Assembly (NCBI GenBank): GCA_951406725.2
Contig: OX597821.1
Coordinates: forward strand, 3,906,001 to 3,970,000
Direction of reading: 5' to 3'
DNA from: Octopus vulgaris
Taxonomy: Eukaryota
Length of the DNA: 64,000 bases
In this document: positions 26,399-40,587 of the stretch, in pieces
How the letters are laid out: each line of letters opens with the position of its first letter
Numbering within the stretch: position 1 is the stretch's first letter
Notes under the pieces: generated by a model
Told to the model about the DNA's origin: nothing
Seen by the model: only the letters and a program-made list of their open reading frames with translations
Database searches by the model: none
Translations under genes and position numbers: made by a program

Positions 26399-26621
26399 TA
26401 CTCACCTGATGACATGCATGATATGGAATAAATCCTGCTCATTCAATCATCTTGTACAACAATTCATTTGTGTAAACTCTGCAGCCAATACCTATTTCAT
26501 TACTACCCACAAGGGGCTAAACTCAGAGAAGACACACAAGGACAGACAAACGGATTAAGTCGATTATATCGACCCCAGTGCGTAACTGGAACTTATTTTA
26601 TCGACCCCGAAAGATGAAAGG
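26399..26621 (-). repeat. Local copy of 27277-27497 (3' half of SINE A plus ~90 bp of unique flank)
   Basis: Near-identical, and shares variants absent from the other SINE A copies. Confidence 0.9.
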
Positions 26622-27370
26622 TGGTGCTATTAAGGTAGACATGGCCTGGACCAATCTCTGGTCGAAACATATCTAAGTTTATCTAAGTCTAAGTTTATAT
26701 ATATAAACGCACACGTGTCTGTGTATGTATGTGTATAAGTGTGTATTTATCCACGCAGCATATACATGAATATACCCGTACGTACAATGGTGCGTACGAG
26801 TTAATCTTCTTGGTTTAATGACCTCTGTTAATGACTGGTAGGACAATTGTGATGAGACCCTGTAACAACCACATGTAAGTTTAGAAGCAGACAAATCGAA
26901 GTATGCAAGTAGAGAGGATTTGTATCCCGCTGTGATAACGAACTGACCACACGCCAATGATTTCCTTCCAAATATAATGTTGACATACAATAAGTAGGTG
27001 ATATTCTCCAGTCTATATATTTATTGTAATATAATTTTAGGGTGTGCAACCATCTTTTTGAAGCCGAGACATGTGCTTGCTTAAGAATGGAGTGAATGAG
27101 GGGTTTGCTTATTCTATATGTTTAATTTTTTTATTTCCATTATTCTAGAATGTGACCGTGGTAGGGTTTACATTTTTTTTTTTAATTTCCGTGTTGCTCT
27201 TGTATTATGAATGCTAAAAATAAAGTATAAAAAACATGGGAGAAGCTGAAGACGATCCGGATGTGTTTATCGCCCCTACTCACCTGATGACATGCATGAT
27301 ATGGAATAAATCCTGCTCATTCAATCATCTTGTACAACAATTCATTTGTGTAAACTCTGCAGCCAATACC

Positions 27371-27599
27371 TATTTCATTACTACCCACAAGGGGCTAAAC
27401 TTGGAAGACACACAAGGACAGACAAACGGAATAAGTCGATTATATCGACCCCAGTGCGTAACTGGAACTTATTTTATCGACCCCGAAAGATGAAAGGCAA
27501 AGTCGACCTCGGCGGAATTTGAACTCAGAACGTAACGGCAGACGAAATACTGCTAAGCATTTCGCCCGGCGTGCTAACGATTCTGCCAGCTCGCCGCCT
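27371..27599 (-). mobile_element. SINE family A monomer
   Basis: Full-length match to 8111-8344. Flanking direct repeat GCCAATACC at 27362-27370 and 27604-27612. Confidence 0.9.
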
Positions 27600-27644
27600 G
27601 GTGGCCAATACCGTTTCTCCGCTTTTATATTTGCATCTTCATTT

Positions 27645-27935
27645 ATATTTTACTTGTTTCTCTCATTTAATTGCAGTATTTCATCACATGAATCAACCCC
27701 ACTAATTTTATTTTAAGCCTATTACTTATTCTATCATTTCTGTAGCTGAACCGCCAAGTTATGGTGACACTAATACACCAATTATGAAGCGGTTTAGGAT
27801 AACCACACACACATTCGTTCAGATGCACTCGCCGCCTGACACTATACTAGAAAACACTTGCCTAAGATGCCAAGCCCTGGGACTATACCCGGAACCATAT
27901 CGTTGGCAAGGAGACTTCTTATCACATAGCCACCT
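27645..27935 (-). mobile_element. SINE family B, old diverged copy
   Basis: TACTTGTTTC..GAACCGCCAAGTTA..AACACTTGCCTAAG..CCCGGAACCAT..CACATAGCCAC, collinear with 34278-34677. Confidence 0.65.
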
Positions 27936-28097
27936 GGAAACAAATTTTATCTGATAATATATCGGTATCACTAAATATTCTTCAACTTATATAATGCTAT
28001 TTCTAACTTACAATCGAGACATTAAAATAAAATCGGACTCCATTTGTTATATATCTCGGTTTGACTCTGAGCCTAATTCTGTCACTCTCTCTCTCTC

Positions 28098-28133
<36 letters not shown>

Positions 28134-28537
28134 TATCTACCTCTACCATTATCTTTTCCTCTATCACATTTTTTTTCTATCTTTCACTATCTTTCCATCT
28201 CTGGAACGTTAGTTATTTATCTCTTACACTCTCCCCATCGTTCTATTGATCTAGCTAGCAGCAATTCTAATCATTGATTTTCACATACCTATCGCTCTAC
28301 CTACGAATACGTCTCCGTCTCAGTATGAGACGAACATTTACGTACACATATAACTATTCATATTCACTTATTAAACACACGTCATGAATATACACCCAAT
28401 CTCTCACCACACATACATAACTTTATTGCTCTCTCTCTCTCTCTCTCTCTCTCCCTCTCTTTCCCTATCTCTGTATATCATTATTATTATTATATATATG
28501 TAAACATTTATATATATATATAAGTATAAAAAAAGGA

Positions 28538-28584
<47 letters not shown>

Positions 28585-28677
28585 AAGAGAGAAGGTAGAA
28601 ACCCATAAATGCATCTACGTATTTATAATTGAGTGTCTAGGTGTGTGTATGCGTACATATATCTATATATATATATA

Positions 28678-28709
<32 letters not shown>

Positions 28710-29064
28710 CACTTACATACATACGTTCATACATAAAACCACGCAGGCAGATTCTGTTTTCGTGTGTGCGAATAGATATCCATGAAGATTTGTACCCTTT
28801 AATCTAAAAATCATTATTTTTTTCATCCAATTTCTTACATCGTTTTATTCTTTCTAGCTTCTTATTTTCCCTCTCATGCTCCACAATAACTGCTGTTTTC
28901 AATTAAGCCTGGTATGAGATTTTATTTATTGAATTTTACTGCATTTTTTTTTATTAATCTTGCTGTCTGTTCGATCGAAGATAATTATTCTTTGCATGTA
29001 ATCGTAATGTGTAGTACATCTGTTAAAACTCAGTTTGATGATACATATACACGTGTATATATAA

Positions 29065-29101
<37 letters not shown>

Positions 29102-29133
29102 TGCAAATATATATATATGTATATATATGTACA

Positions 29134-29213
<80 letters not shown>

Positions 29214-29383
29214 GAGACAGAAAGAGAGAAATATATGTCTGTATGTGTGATTGTGTATGTATAGATATGTATATGCATTTACATGCGTGCTTATATATAT
29301 GCATATATGTATATACGCATATATATATACACAAACACATGTATATGCATATATATGTTTCTGTGTATATATATATATATATA

Positions 29384-29436
<53 letters not shown>

Positions 29437-29765
29437 GTATATATATATATATAGGTAAGTATGTATGTATATTTTCATGCATTTATGTACGGATGCCTAT
29501 TAGTATATCTGTCTTACGCACAGGCATTTCTATCATGCCTGCAAATCCAGCCATGTCTATTAGACACCCTATTAAGCACACACAGTGAATGCCCGTATGG
29601 TCTTCCTTGTCGCTGGAAATAAGAGGTATAAGAGACAACACATCTTTCATAATAACTTTATATTCTTAAATAAATAATTGAAAAACCTACTGGTTTAGAT
29701 GTTCTAAATTCTTTCGCTCATATCATGAATTTCCTCGATCAGGAGTTTTCTGTCGCTAAATAATT

Positions 29766-30130
<365 letters not shown>

Positions 30131-30599
30131 TGCATATGTCAATGTATGCTGCTGTGTATATATGTATATGCGCGAGTTTGTGAGGTGGTTAGCCACGAAA
30201 TATGATGAAAGTGCATAGACGTGAATATCGCCCCATATTTTTTATATTTTTCGGGCTGCTGGCTCTCAGTAAAGCATAGCAGCTGAATATTCTAAACACG
30301 ATATAAAATCTAATTCCATTCGTATACATACGTACAGGAACTTATTTCTTATTACTCCTGTCAGAGAAATGCTATCGCAAATTCCATGTGAATATACTTG
30401 CCTAATGCTCTATGGTTACGTCATTATATTTAGCTTGTTTTCGTCACTGCACCTAATTTTTACATAATTCTAGGGCACCTTTGTGTGTCAAGGGTTTGTG
30501 TCAGACTCACCAAATTTCACATGAAAGCGTTCTGTTATTTCCATATCAAGATTGCTTTTATCGTCGCTTTTCTATCTATTTTGAACTGTTGTTAATCAA

Positions 30600-31012
30600 G
30601 GCGCAAGGGTGGCTGTGTGGTTAGAAGCTTGCTTCCCAAACACATGATTCCAGGTTGAGTCCCACTGTGTGGTGCTTTGGGCGTCGTCTTCTACTATAGC
30701 CTCGGGCCCACCGAAGCATTGTGAGTGGATTTGCTTGACGGAAAACTGGAAGAAGCTCGTCTTACATGTATGTTTATATAAATATATTTGCTTGATTTTG
30801 TGTCTGTGTTTGTCCCCATCGCCGCTTCACAATCGATGTCCGTGTGTTTAGGTCTGCGTAACTTACCGGTTCGACATAACGGGTTGATAGAATAAGTACC
30901 AGGCTTATTCTACTCATTCGTACTCCTGGGGTCGATTCTTTCGACTATAATTTCAAGGCGGTGCCCTAGCATGGTCGCAATCTAATGACTGAAACAAGTA
31001 AACGATAAAGAT
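30600..31012 (+). mobile_element. SINE family B, full length
   Basis: A box-like TGGCTGTGTGG, B box-like GGTTGAGTCCC, and 3' tail GGCGGTGCCCTAGCATGG..TGACTGAAACAAGTAAA. Confidence 0.88.
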
Positions 31013-31029
31013 TAAAGGCATATCACAGT

Positions 31030-32150
31030 ATCGACTACAGCATCGGGTGCTGTTACATACCGCTGATCCCTATCCGCTTCCAATTCCGTCTTGGTTACAC
31101 CATTCTTTTCCACCTTGATTTTAATTGTTTAAGTAGAGCGCCTTCCCATCATCATAGATGCCTTACAAGTGACCTTTCCGGATCTAAGGGATACCTTTTG
31201 TCAACTGCACGGGTCCACATGCTGTCGCTGAACGTTGCAGCCTTGCAATATAAGCGGCTGGGTGGAACTTAGCCATTCGGTCGTCTCCGATCACATTGTT
31301 CGTTCCGCTTTGTTCTCGAATTATCACGTCACATATCTCTCAGAATACCTATCCTAGCATGAATCTTTCCATTATCCTTTGCATCGTAGCCAGTCGATTA
31401 TCTATCCGATTAGTAGTAGTCCACATCTCATTTGCGTATAAGAGAGCAGGTGGGGCGGTGGTATTGAAGACATAACTCTGACAAGTATGATATTGTCTAC
31501 TATTATTTTGAACACATCATTTTTTTTAGCTAAATGCCTTCCATCCTGCCCTTAATGACTTTTGAGTTTTCAGCACCCATATCTCGGAGACAATTCACGT
31601 TGGGTTCTAAGTAGAGATACTCTTTTGCCTCTTCGATTTCATCGCTGCCAAGCTCAATTCAGCCCAGCTCAATCCTTCCACATATATTCTGTTCACTTGC
31701 GGTTCATTTTGAGATCTACTGTTAAGCTCTCAGTCTCCTGCCCTGCCTGCATGGTTTAAAACTTCTCTATGTACCGCTAGGTACATTTCCATCTGCGAAT
31801 CTCAGCTGTTTTAGATTCACGTTATAGATGAACACGCCTCTTGTCCTTCAAATGTTCATGATGACCATTTCTAGGCATGCGGTAAAGAGCTTTGGATATA
31901 TAGTATATCCTTGCTTGACATTTTTCTCTATTTCTGAAACAAATCCACGGATATTGTTCTACTACTATTGATTTTGTTTAACACCAGATCACATTCATTC
32001 TAATAGATCTGTTATTGCAATCCTGGATTATACTGCAATCAAATGCATTCTTGCTCAGAGATGAATTTAGGTTTCAGTCGTCTGAATCATCCGGAATTCT
32101 TATAAACATTTCCAAATTTTGTTGATAATTTCTGAAGGCCGATGTCTTTT
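31030..32150 (-). mobile_element. Highly decayed RTE-type LINE RT fragment
   Basis: Minus-strand pieces VKQGYTIS/KLFTACLEMV, LRFADG, VFNTTAPPALLYANEMW, QRIMERFMLG and IREQSG. Confidence 0.75.
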
Positions 32151-32418
32151 TCAGTATAAAGTAATATAAATAAATATTTGGAATTAGAATTCATTAAGGG
32201 ATTTCTTTTCTTTCGTACAACAGCAGGAAGCAATATAAAGGAAGTTTGGGTCCTATTTAGATCTGACTATATATAGGCTTCTTTGTTATTATATATCTTG
32301 ATGGATTATCTAGTTATGAAGTAAAAAAACTATTTTGCATGTGTGGAATATAACTCAATCAATGGTTTTAAGGTGCATATAGACTTTCATGTCAGCATTT
32401 TATGATTAAGTTTTTGAT

Positions 32419-32610
32419 AAGGTCGTCGAACTGGCAGAATTGTTAGTACACCGGATTAAATGCTTGGTGATAATTCTTGTGCATCTTTACGTTCTGATCT
32501 CCAATTCCGCCAAGGTCGGCTTTGCCTTTACCCATTTCTGTGGCGATAAATACATACCAATCAAGTCCCTTCCTCCCAAAACAGCTAACCTTAGGCCACA
32601 ATTGAAACCA
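32419..32610 (+). mobile_element. SINE A-related diverged copy with alternative tail
   Basis: CTGGCAGAATTGTTAG..TACGTTCTG..AATTCCGCCAAGGTCGGCTTTGCCTTT. Confidence 0.7.
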
Positions 32611-34277
32611 GTATACAAAGAAAATTATATGGTAGAACTTATAAATTATAAAATGCTAGATCAATGGTAGAACATATAAATTATGAAATGCTAAATCATT
32701 AATAATCAAGGACATTATTACAGAGTGTAATTATTACGATTCTACAAGATTATATTTCATAGAAATAATTGTGCGTGGGTACGGGACGCAAATGTCGGTG
32801 TTCATGTAATCTTGCATCACTGACATTTCTCAAATAATAAATGTTTCCTTAAGACTCCACCTTTTCATACAAGAGAATATTTCATCAATGAATCTTTGCA
32901 TGACCACCATATCTTAGACCTAAACTACATTTTGTTCTTCTAAAGCACAAAAGTTTCCAATGAGAAATTCTGTGGAGTTATTGAAGAATACGAAATGGAA
33001 TGAAAAGAATTCTTTCAAAAACTAATTAACCGTTCATTGTAAATTTGTAAGTTATATTCTTGAATATATTGACATTGTTTCCTGGTCAATTGAAATTCGT
33101 TAATTTCTTCACACATGTAAAACTTCAAGACCAATGACGTCGCATTCAAATGCTAAGACATGAAGAAGCTTTTAAATTGTATTGATTCATTGGAATTTAT
33201 GCACACGAGGCATTGTAACAGTTTTCCGTGTGATTGACATCGAAAATTTCTTAACAGCGTAAGACAAATGGCAATGATTGTGAGAATTCTTTAACACCAG
33301 GGAAAAACTGAGTCAGTATGATAATGAGCAATGTTTTCCAACTGTGACCATCCCGTCTTATTTCACAAATCGATAAATTCATTATAAAACTTGTCATCTC
33401 TTAACATTACAAATAGCCATTTAATTATATAGAAAAGGTAACAAACATACATACACACAGAGACATTTTATAAATATTTGTTGAATTGTCCTAATCCGGT
33501 AAAAAGTACTACATCGTTGCTTCTACCAATAGATGTACAGAAATGATTCGGAACAAACAGAGGAAAATCTTCACCACAAGCTTATAACCTAAGGCATCTT
33601 TTTGCGTAAAGCTTCTCGACATAGGGTACTTCTTATACTTATCAGTAAATCACGCCCAAATTATGTATAATAATTATTTTTCGTACCTAAGTCATCTTCT
33701 GAATATTGCAAAATTGACTGGTCCTTTCTAGGAGACGACTGAAATTTTGAAAATTAAGAGCGCCAAAATATGAGGTTTTTGTTTCCGTATTACAGCCTCT
33801 TGCAATCTTTAACGATCGGAATTTATGATAACTCAAAGGTGCTTCTATCGATTTTTATTGAGAAATTTTCATTTAAAAACTGGATAGAATTTTCGGCATA
33901 CATGATTTGCCATGGTGTGATAGATAACAATATTGCTTTCTAAAAGGCATTAATATCAACTTTCTTAGATAATAACTTGTAATAACATTAACAGCCTCTG
34001 TTATGTACCTCTGTTCGTACATACGTGACTAAAGTCATATAATTACCAGAAGACTTATATATTAATGTATAATCTAAATAGAACCTTACTAAACCCTCAG
34101 TAACTCATGACTGTGTTACATAGTTTCAGATATTTTTTTTGAATTGTTGTCACGCTGCTTACCTATTTTAATTGTTTGCTTTTAAACTCAGTTATAATAC
34201 AAGCGATCGAGCTTTGTGTAGAAAATATCCGAGTAAATTTTTGTCCTGCATAAATAATTAGCTGAAATAATTATCCT

Positions 34278-34487
34278 ACTCTTTTACTTGTTTCAGTCAT
34301 TTAACTGCGGCCATGCTAGAGCACCACCTTTAGTCGAAGAAATCGACCCCAGAACTATTCTTTGCAAGCCTAGTACTTATTCCATCGGTCTCTTTTGTCG
34401 AACCGCTAAGTTACGGGCACGTAAACACACTAGCATAGGTTGTCAAGCGATGTTGAGGGACAAACACAGACACACAAGCATATACAC

Positions 34488-34518
<31 letters not shown>

Positions 34519-34677
34519 CATATATACGACGGGCTTCTTTCAGTTTCCGTCTACCAAATCCATTCACAAGATTTGGTCGGTCCGAGGCTATAGTAGAAGA
34601 TACTTGCCCAAGGTGCCACGCAGTGGGACTGAAACCGGAACCATGTGGTTGGTAAGGAAGTTACTTACCACACGGCA
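34278..34677 (-). mobile_element. SINE family B, full length
   Basis: Reverse-complement match to 38769-39260, including the internal microsatellite. Confidence 0.9.
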
Positions 34678-35231
34678 AGGAAATACAGGCAAACATCCAA
34701 ATTGAGGCCTTCTTGCGAGAGTAACATTTGTCTAATATTTGTCTAATTTTTCATTAGACTTTTGCATTCTGAAGCATATTTTATGTATATTTTAAATTAG
34801 GCTTCGTATGTGGTCAAGTTTTAGATGTTAGCTACAGAATTGTTCTTCTAAGGCGGAAAATTGTTCGATGAGGCATTCTATGTATTGTTAGCAACATACA
34901 TAAACACGAATTTCAATATATGTTTATCTGTGTGTGTGTATCTGTGTATGTGTGTATATGTGTGTGTGTGCGTGTTTGACTATATTTTTGAGAATTCTGG
35001 TCCAACCTATATGTTGAAACCAATATTGTTATATTTTAAAAGCCTTAATTGTTAGAGCCCATGTACTCATCCTCAAGATATTTTTCATTACATTAAACTG
35101 TACATATTCCAAAACAATTATTCTTTTTGAAAGGTACAGACAAGTGCACACACGCACACACACACATACACATGTAAATATACAGACAGACAAACAGACA
35201 AACAGACAGACAGACAAAGAGACAGACAGAC

Positions 35232-35314
<83 letters not shown>

Positions 35315-37063
35315 GAATGAGTAATGAAGCTCGGAGAATTATATTTAAAAACAGTCATACAAAATTAATTGTAGGTGTTATTGAAATAGGATATTAAACA
35401 AGGAAATATTTGGAGTATATTGAGTAGTGATATTGGCTGATTCCGTTAGAATACACACTAGAACATGTTTAAGTATAATATGTTGTATTTTGAATCAATA
35501 CTACCAAACTATAATATTTTAAATAGAATTTTAAATGAGCACTAATAATCATTCTAATGAATTTTGATGTAAATTTGTTGTTAGTGTAATCGAGAATAAA
35601 ACATTTAATCAATATGAAAGGTTTCCAGAAATTTGATCTAAATTAAATTTTGTTAATTAAATCAATTAATTTTTTCAAGAAAGGTTATAAATAAAGAAAT
35701 GATTTATTAATTCTTAAAATGTCAATGAAGTACGTCTGGTATATTTCTACGAACGTTTTCAAAGAGCCAATGAAGAAGATAATATTCAGTATCTATTAAT
35801 AGCAGTAACGTCTCCCTCAGTCGCACCACCAATGTTATAAAATGAACTACACGTTGCTTAATATACTCCTCGATATTTCTTAGCTAATATACTCCTAGGT
35901 AGATAATAACTTGTGAACATGACTAAAATATATTCTGCGTGCGTGTTTGTCCGTTTGTTTACCATAAGTAAACGTGGGATTAAATAACAATAAATGTATA
36001 GTTAACGATTGAGTCCTTACAGTCACATATTCTGTTCTACACGATTGGAAATTTTTTCCTGACGGTATCAGAAGAGGAGATGCTCCTAGTTCGAATACTT
36101 TAGTTCACATGTTTGATTTAATCCAGGCTAACCATAATAATAAGATAAATTATAAAGATGAAATTCCAAATCAAATATAAATCAAAAACTGAGAGAACTT
36201 CTATCTGACACGCAAAAAATCAACGTTAGGCTCTTCGAAAATATATATAACTGGCTATTCTAAATTATTTCCCGTCACTCATTTCTATTAAAATTATGCA
36301 GATTACCCAGGTCATAAAAGCGTTCCATTCATTTGATATATAAGTCTAAGTCCCTCGGCTACTGGAGATAAATTGTGAAAATTGTCGCGTTGAGACAAAA
36401 ACATTTGTACATGATTCTCCCCTTATCACCAGGCAGTAATGTTTGTACGTGTCATAAATGGCAGGTCACTTTTGGAAAATCTTGATTCTTGTATTTATCG
36501 CTCCATCTCATTTAGCGCTGATCTGAATTATCATTTTCTTGAGGTGGAGTTAATTTTAATATAATACTTTGACGAATTGATAACGTGTATTTGTCTATTG
36601 TCTCAGTGAAATCATTGCCAAATGTCTTGAATGACCACTGAAACATATATTGACAAAAAATTAGTTAGAATGGTTCTGGCAAGATTGTATACAACATCAC
36701 AGCTTACGATAGTCAGTGACATACAAAAAGAGAAAAATATTCGATAGAAATTAACAAATCCCCCAATGTTATTAAATGCTTAGCAAAGGAAGAGCATGCT
36801 AGATAAGGACGTGTAAATATAAAAACGAAGATAACTTGTGTGTAGCTAAGCCAAGTTTTGTCACCGTGAATTTCTAATATAGGGGAGCATGATCATGCGT
36901 ATCATGACTCGATAGCACTTATTAACTCATTGAATCCTTTAGAAAATATATTGTATCAAATCTGTGGGCTTGACAACTATCTCCGTGTTGAAATTGCTAG
37001 GCAAAAATGCTTAATGCGTGCATATTATATAATACAATCAATTACATATAATATATGTATATA

Positions 37064-37158
<95 letters not shown>

Positions 37159-37171
37159 CTCTCTCTCTCTC

Positions 37172-37204
<33 letters not shown>

Positions 37205-37261
37205 CAGTTAATTAAAGTTAAAACATGATATGGTTTTCAGGTTTTTTTATTATTGTATTTA

Positions 37262-37783
37262 AAAAAAGTTAGAATGTTAAACATTAAAAAACTATTTTGC
37301 AACGTTAATAAAATTCAATAAGCGCTTTCATACGTTCGTAGTAATCATCAAATCATCAAATTTCAAAATGTATATAACTGACAGATGAAATCTTCACAAC
37401 TGTAGTAAAATGATTGACTTCTTTTTTATCCCTCTCGAAATCTCCGACAAGCTGAAGCTTTCGATGTTTTCTCAGTTAGAAAACCATTACATGTAAACTG
37501 CATGCTAACTGGTTAAAATAAAGGCGGGATCTATGCCAGTAGCCCCCGTGTGCCCGGCAAACCGTAAGTTTAATAATCTTTCTGCGGATTGGTCAAAATG
37601 GTATTCGAAAAATTCAGCTAGTTGTAGCCTTCTAAGAGGTACAAAAAGGATGCAGTTAGTCACTTCACTGTCATTTAAATACAATTTGAAATCTAATGAT
37701 TACTATGAACGTATGAAAGCGCCGATTGAACTTTATGAACATTACAAAATATTTTTTGTAACGTTTAACACACTTCAACTTTG
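37262..37783. repeat. Diverged inverted repeat (~37262-37464 / ~37605-37783) with a degenerate hammerhead motif in each arm
   Basis: Shared block ATGATTACTA(C/T)GAACGTATGAAAGCGC and collinear flanks in opposite orientation. Confidence 0.8.
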
Positions 37784-37904
37784 TAGGAATAATATTTTTT
37801 TTATATTAGTACAAAACATGAAGACGAGATCATATTTTAATTTGAATCAGCTGATATGTTGTTCAGTACACATTTATGCAAACTCTCTCTCTATATATAT
37901 ATAT

Positions 37905-38221
37905 AAAATTAGAAAAAAACACCTTTTATCAATTCAAAATGAACAATTAAATTACACCATCTCGTAGATTACATATAATTAAAAAACTGAAATTAAAATA
38001 ACAATAAAATGTGAAAGATTAAGTAAATTGCCAAAAAAATAATAATAACGTATATAATAGGTAGAAAAATGATACGTGTTTCGTCGCTATATTTAAGAAA
38101 TGATTATAGTAGTAGAGAAATCACTTCGATATAAAAAAAAGTCTCTGACTATTTCCTCTTTCTCACTAGACCGCTGGTGTCAAAATAATTTCTATTGAAT
38201 TTGTTGCTACCTTAAATTGAT

Positions 38222-38225
<4 letters not shown>
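37905..38225 (-). repeat. AT-rich interspersed repeat inside (TA)n; partial second copy at 39808-39955
   Basis: AATTAG.AAAAAA.CACCTT.TATCAATTC start is shared by both copies. Minus strand has GAAA-CACG-UA near 38073-38082. Confidence 0.55.
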
Positions 38226-38303
<78 letters not shown>

Positions 38304-38422
38304 TGTGTGAAATTTGATTTAGTATTTCTAAATTGAATTTTTTCCTTGTAAATTTGTATTTTATTCCCTCAAATAGTAATTATCATATATATATATATAT
38401 ATATATATATGTAAATATATAT

Positions 38423-38471
<49 letters not shown>

Positions 38472-38768
38472 TGTATGTATGTATGTATTTATGTATGTAT
38501 GTATGTATGTATGTATGTACTATGTATGTATGTATTGAATAGTAAAGTGTGATTTAAAGAATACTCTATAGAGAGGAAAATAATATCTGAAACAGCGCAA
38601 CCGATTTTTTCTCCACTTTCACATCAGTGGCATGTGGTCAAATCTCGGGAACAGCATTGATATAGAGGCAATGTGATTTTAAATATCTAAAACCAAAAGT
38701 GTTTGTATACATCATAAGATTGCCTACCGAAAATATTTGTGAAGTAATCGAAAATGCGTCGAAGTATA

Positions 38769-38973
38769 GGCGCAACAGTTGCTATGTGATAAGTAGCTTG
38801 CTTACAAACCACCTGGTACTCGGTTCAGTCCCACTCCGTGGCACCTTGAAGAGGTGTCTTCTACTATAGCCTCGGGCCGACCAAAGGCTTGTGAGTAATT
38901 TTGTATACGGAAACTGAAAGAAACCCGTCATATATATGCGTGCGTATATATATATATATGTGTTTGGATTAAC

Positions 38974-39014
<41 letters not shown>

Positions 39015-39260
39015 CTGTCCGTCTGTGTCTGTGTCTGAGTATGTGTTTGTGTGTGTATGTTTGTCCCCCTCCCCAACATCACTTGACAACTGATGCAGGT
39101 GTGTTTTCATCCCCGTAACATAGTGGTTCGGCAAAGGAGACCGATGGAATATGTACTAGGTTTCAAAAGAATAAGTCCTGGGCTCGATTTGCTCTACTAG
39201 AGGCGGTGCCCCACCTTGACCGCAGTCAAATGACTGAAACAAGCAAAAGAGTAAAAGAGT
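38769..39260 (+). mobile_element. SINE family B, full length
   Basis: tRNA-like head (GGTTCAGTCCC), internal (TA)/(TG) tract, and tail GGCGGTGCCCC..CAGTCAAATGACTGAAACAAG-(AAAAGAGT)2. Confidence 0.9.
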
Positions 39261-39379
39261 GAGATATTATGCAATAACTACAGAAGCTACTCATATGTTT
39301 TGTTATCACTTCTTGATCCATTGGAAGGTTTGTTATACTTTAGATTTTGTGTCAATCGTTTCTATTATACACTTATACT

Positions 39380-39685
39380 TTTTTCTCTCATTTCTTTCCT
39401 AGATTCAGATCGAAACAACTGGTATGCTGCAACACTATCGTTAGCTTTGCTACTGCATCACTACTTGAAAAGTCCACTGATATGTGGCATTTGGTACGTA
39501 AGGGAATCAGTTGGTGTTTCCTTCATCAGCATTTCCTGGCGGGAGGTAAGTTCATCCGGAACAGCTTGACAGTAGTAGATCACGTTTTCTTTTGAAGACT
39601 GCTATATCAAACCCACGCAGATCTCTCACAGATTTTGTCAACATATTGAAAAAGTGTGGCCCATGTAAACCAATCTCTTGGAGAG
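39380..39685 (-). mobile_element. Old 3' fragment related to the 8011-12182 LINE, antisense
   Basis: Minus strand encodes ..RDLRGFDIAVFKRK..VPDELTSRQEMLM, collinear with RDLHGVDADVFKIK..VPDEPTSRQEVQM at ~11927-12030, followed by a matching 3' UTR. Confidence 0.8.
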
Positions 39686-39760
39686 TTATATGTAGCTTTT
39701 AATTTGAACTTTATACAGATCTTTACACAACAACACCAGGAATGAGCTATATACCTCCCC

Positions 39761-39812
<52 letters not shown>

Positions 39813-40477
39813 TAGGAAAAAAACCACCTTCTATCAATTCGATAATGAAAAATAAATTATGCCATTTAGAAAAATTACATATTATAGAAAGATGAAATAT
39901 AAGATAAAACATATAACGATGATTAAGTAACGTGCAAAATAATAAATAGAACATATATATATGTGTGTGTGTGTGTGTTTATGTATATATGTATGTATGT
40001 ATTACATTACTCGTGCATACAGTCGATCATATGTGTATGCCTGCATGAATGAATGTTTGTGAAACATATGTAGTGGATAAGAGTATAACTGGAAATTAAT
40101 ACACATTGCATATTAGTACAATTATTACATGTTACATTCGTTTTGTGATAGATATCAGCTACGTACATTAACATGGGAGTATGCTATTTGGAATCAAACA
40201 GAGCTTAGAAATACCTTAGAAATATATGATATAAATGGACTCAAATATGCCTTAGAAATACCTAAGAAATATACAATACAACTGAGATAAACGTGGTCCG
40301 TTATTTTCGTGTGGTTATGGTATTAGGCTTTTGGCGGATATGCAAGCCATAGAAAACATCTGGTGTTTCTTCATTCCATCATAAAATAGGCACTATTTAG
40401 CTAGAAGGTATACAAACTTGGACATAAGATGATGATTATTCTATATATATATATATATGTAATGTATATACTGAACT

Positions 40478-40516
<39 letters not shown>

Positions 40517-40544
40517 AGATAGATATGTATGTATATAAACGGAA

Positions 40545-40587
<43 letters not shown>

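Noticed and set aside
26406-26432. Hammerhead at CTGATGA (also at 27284)
   Set aside because: GAAT replaces GAAA, and there is no stem I pairing.
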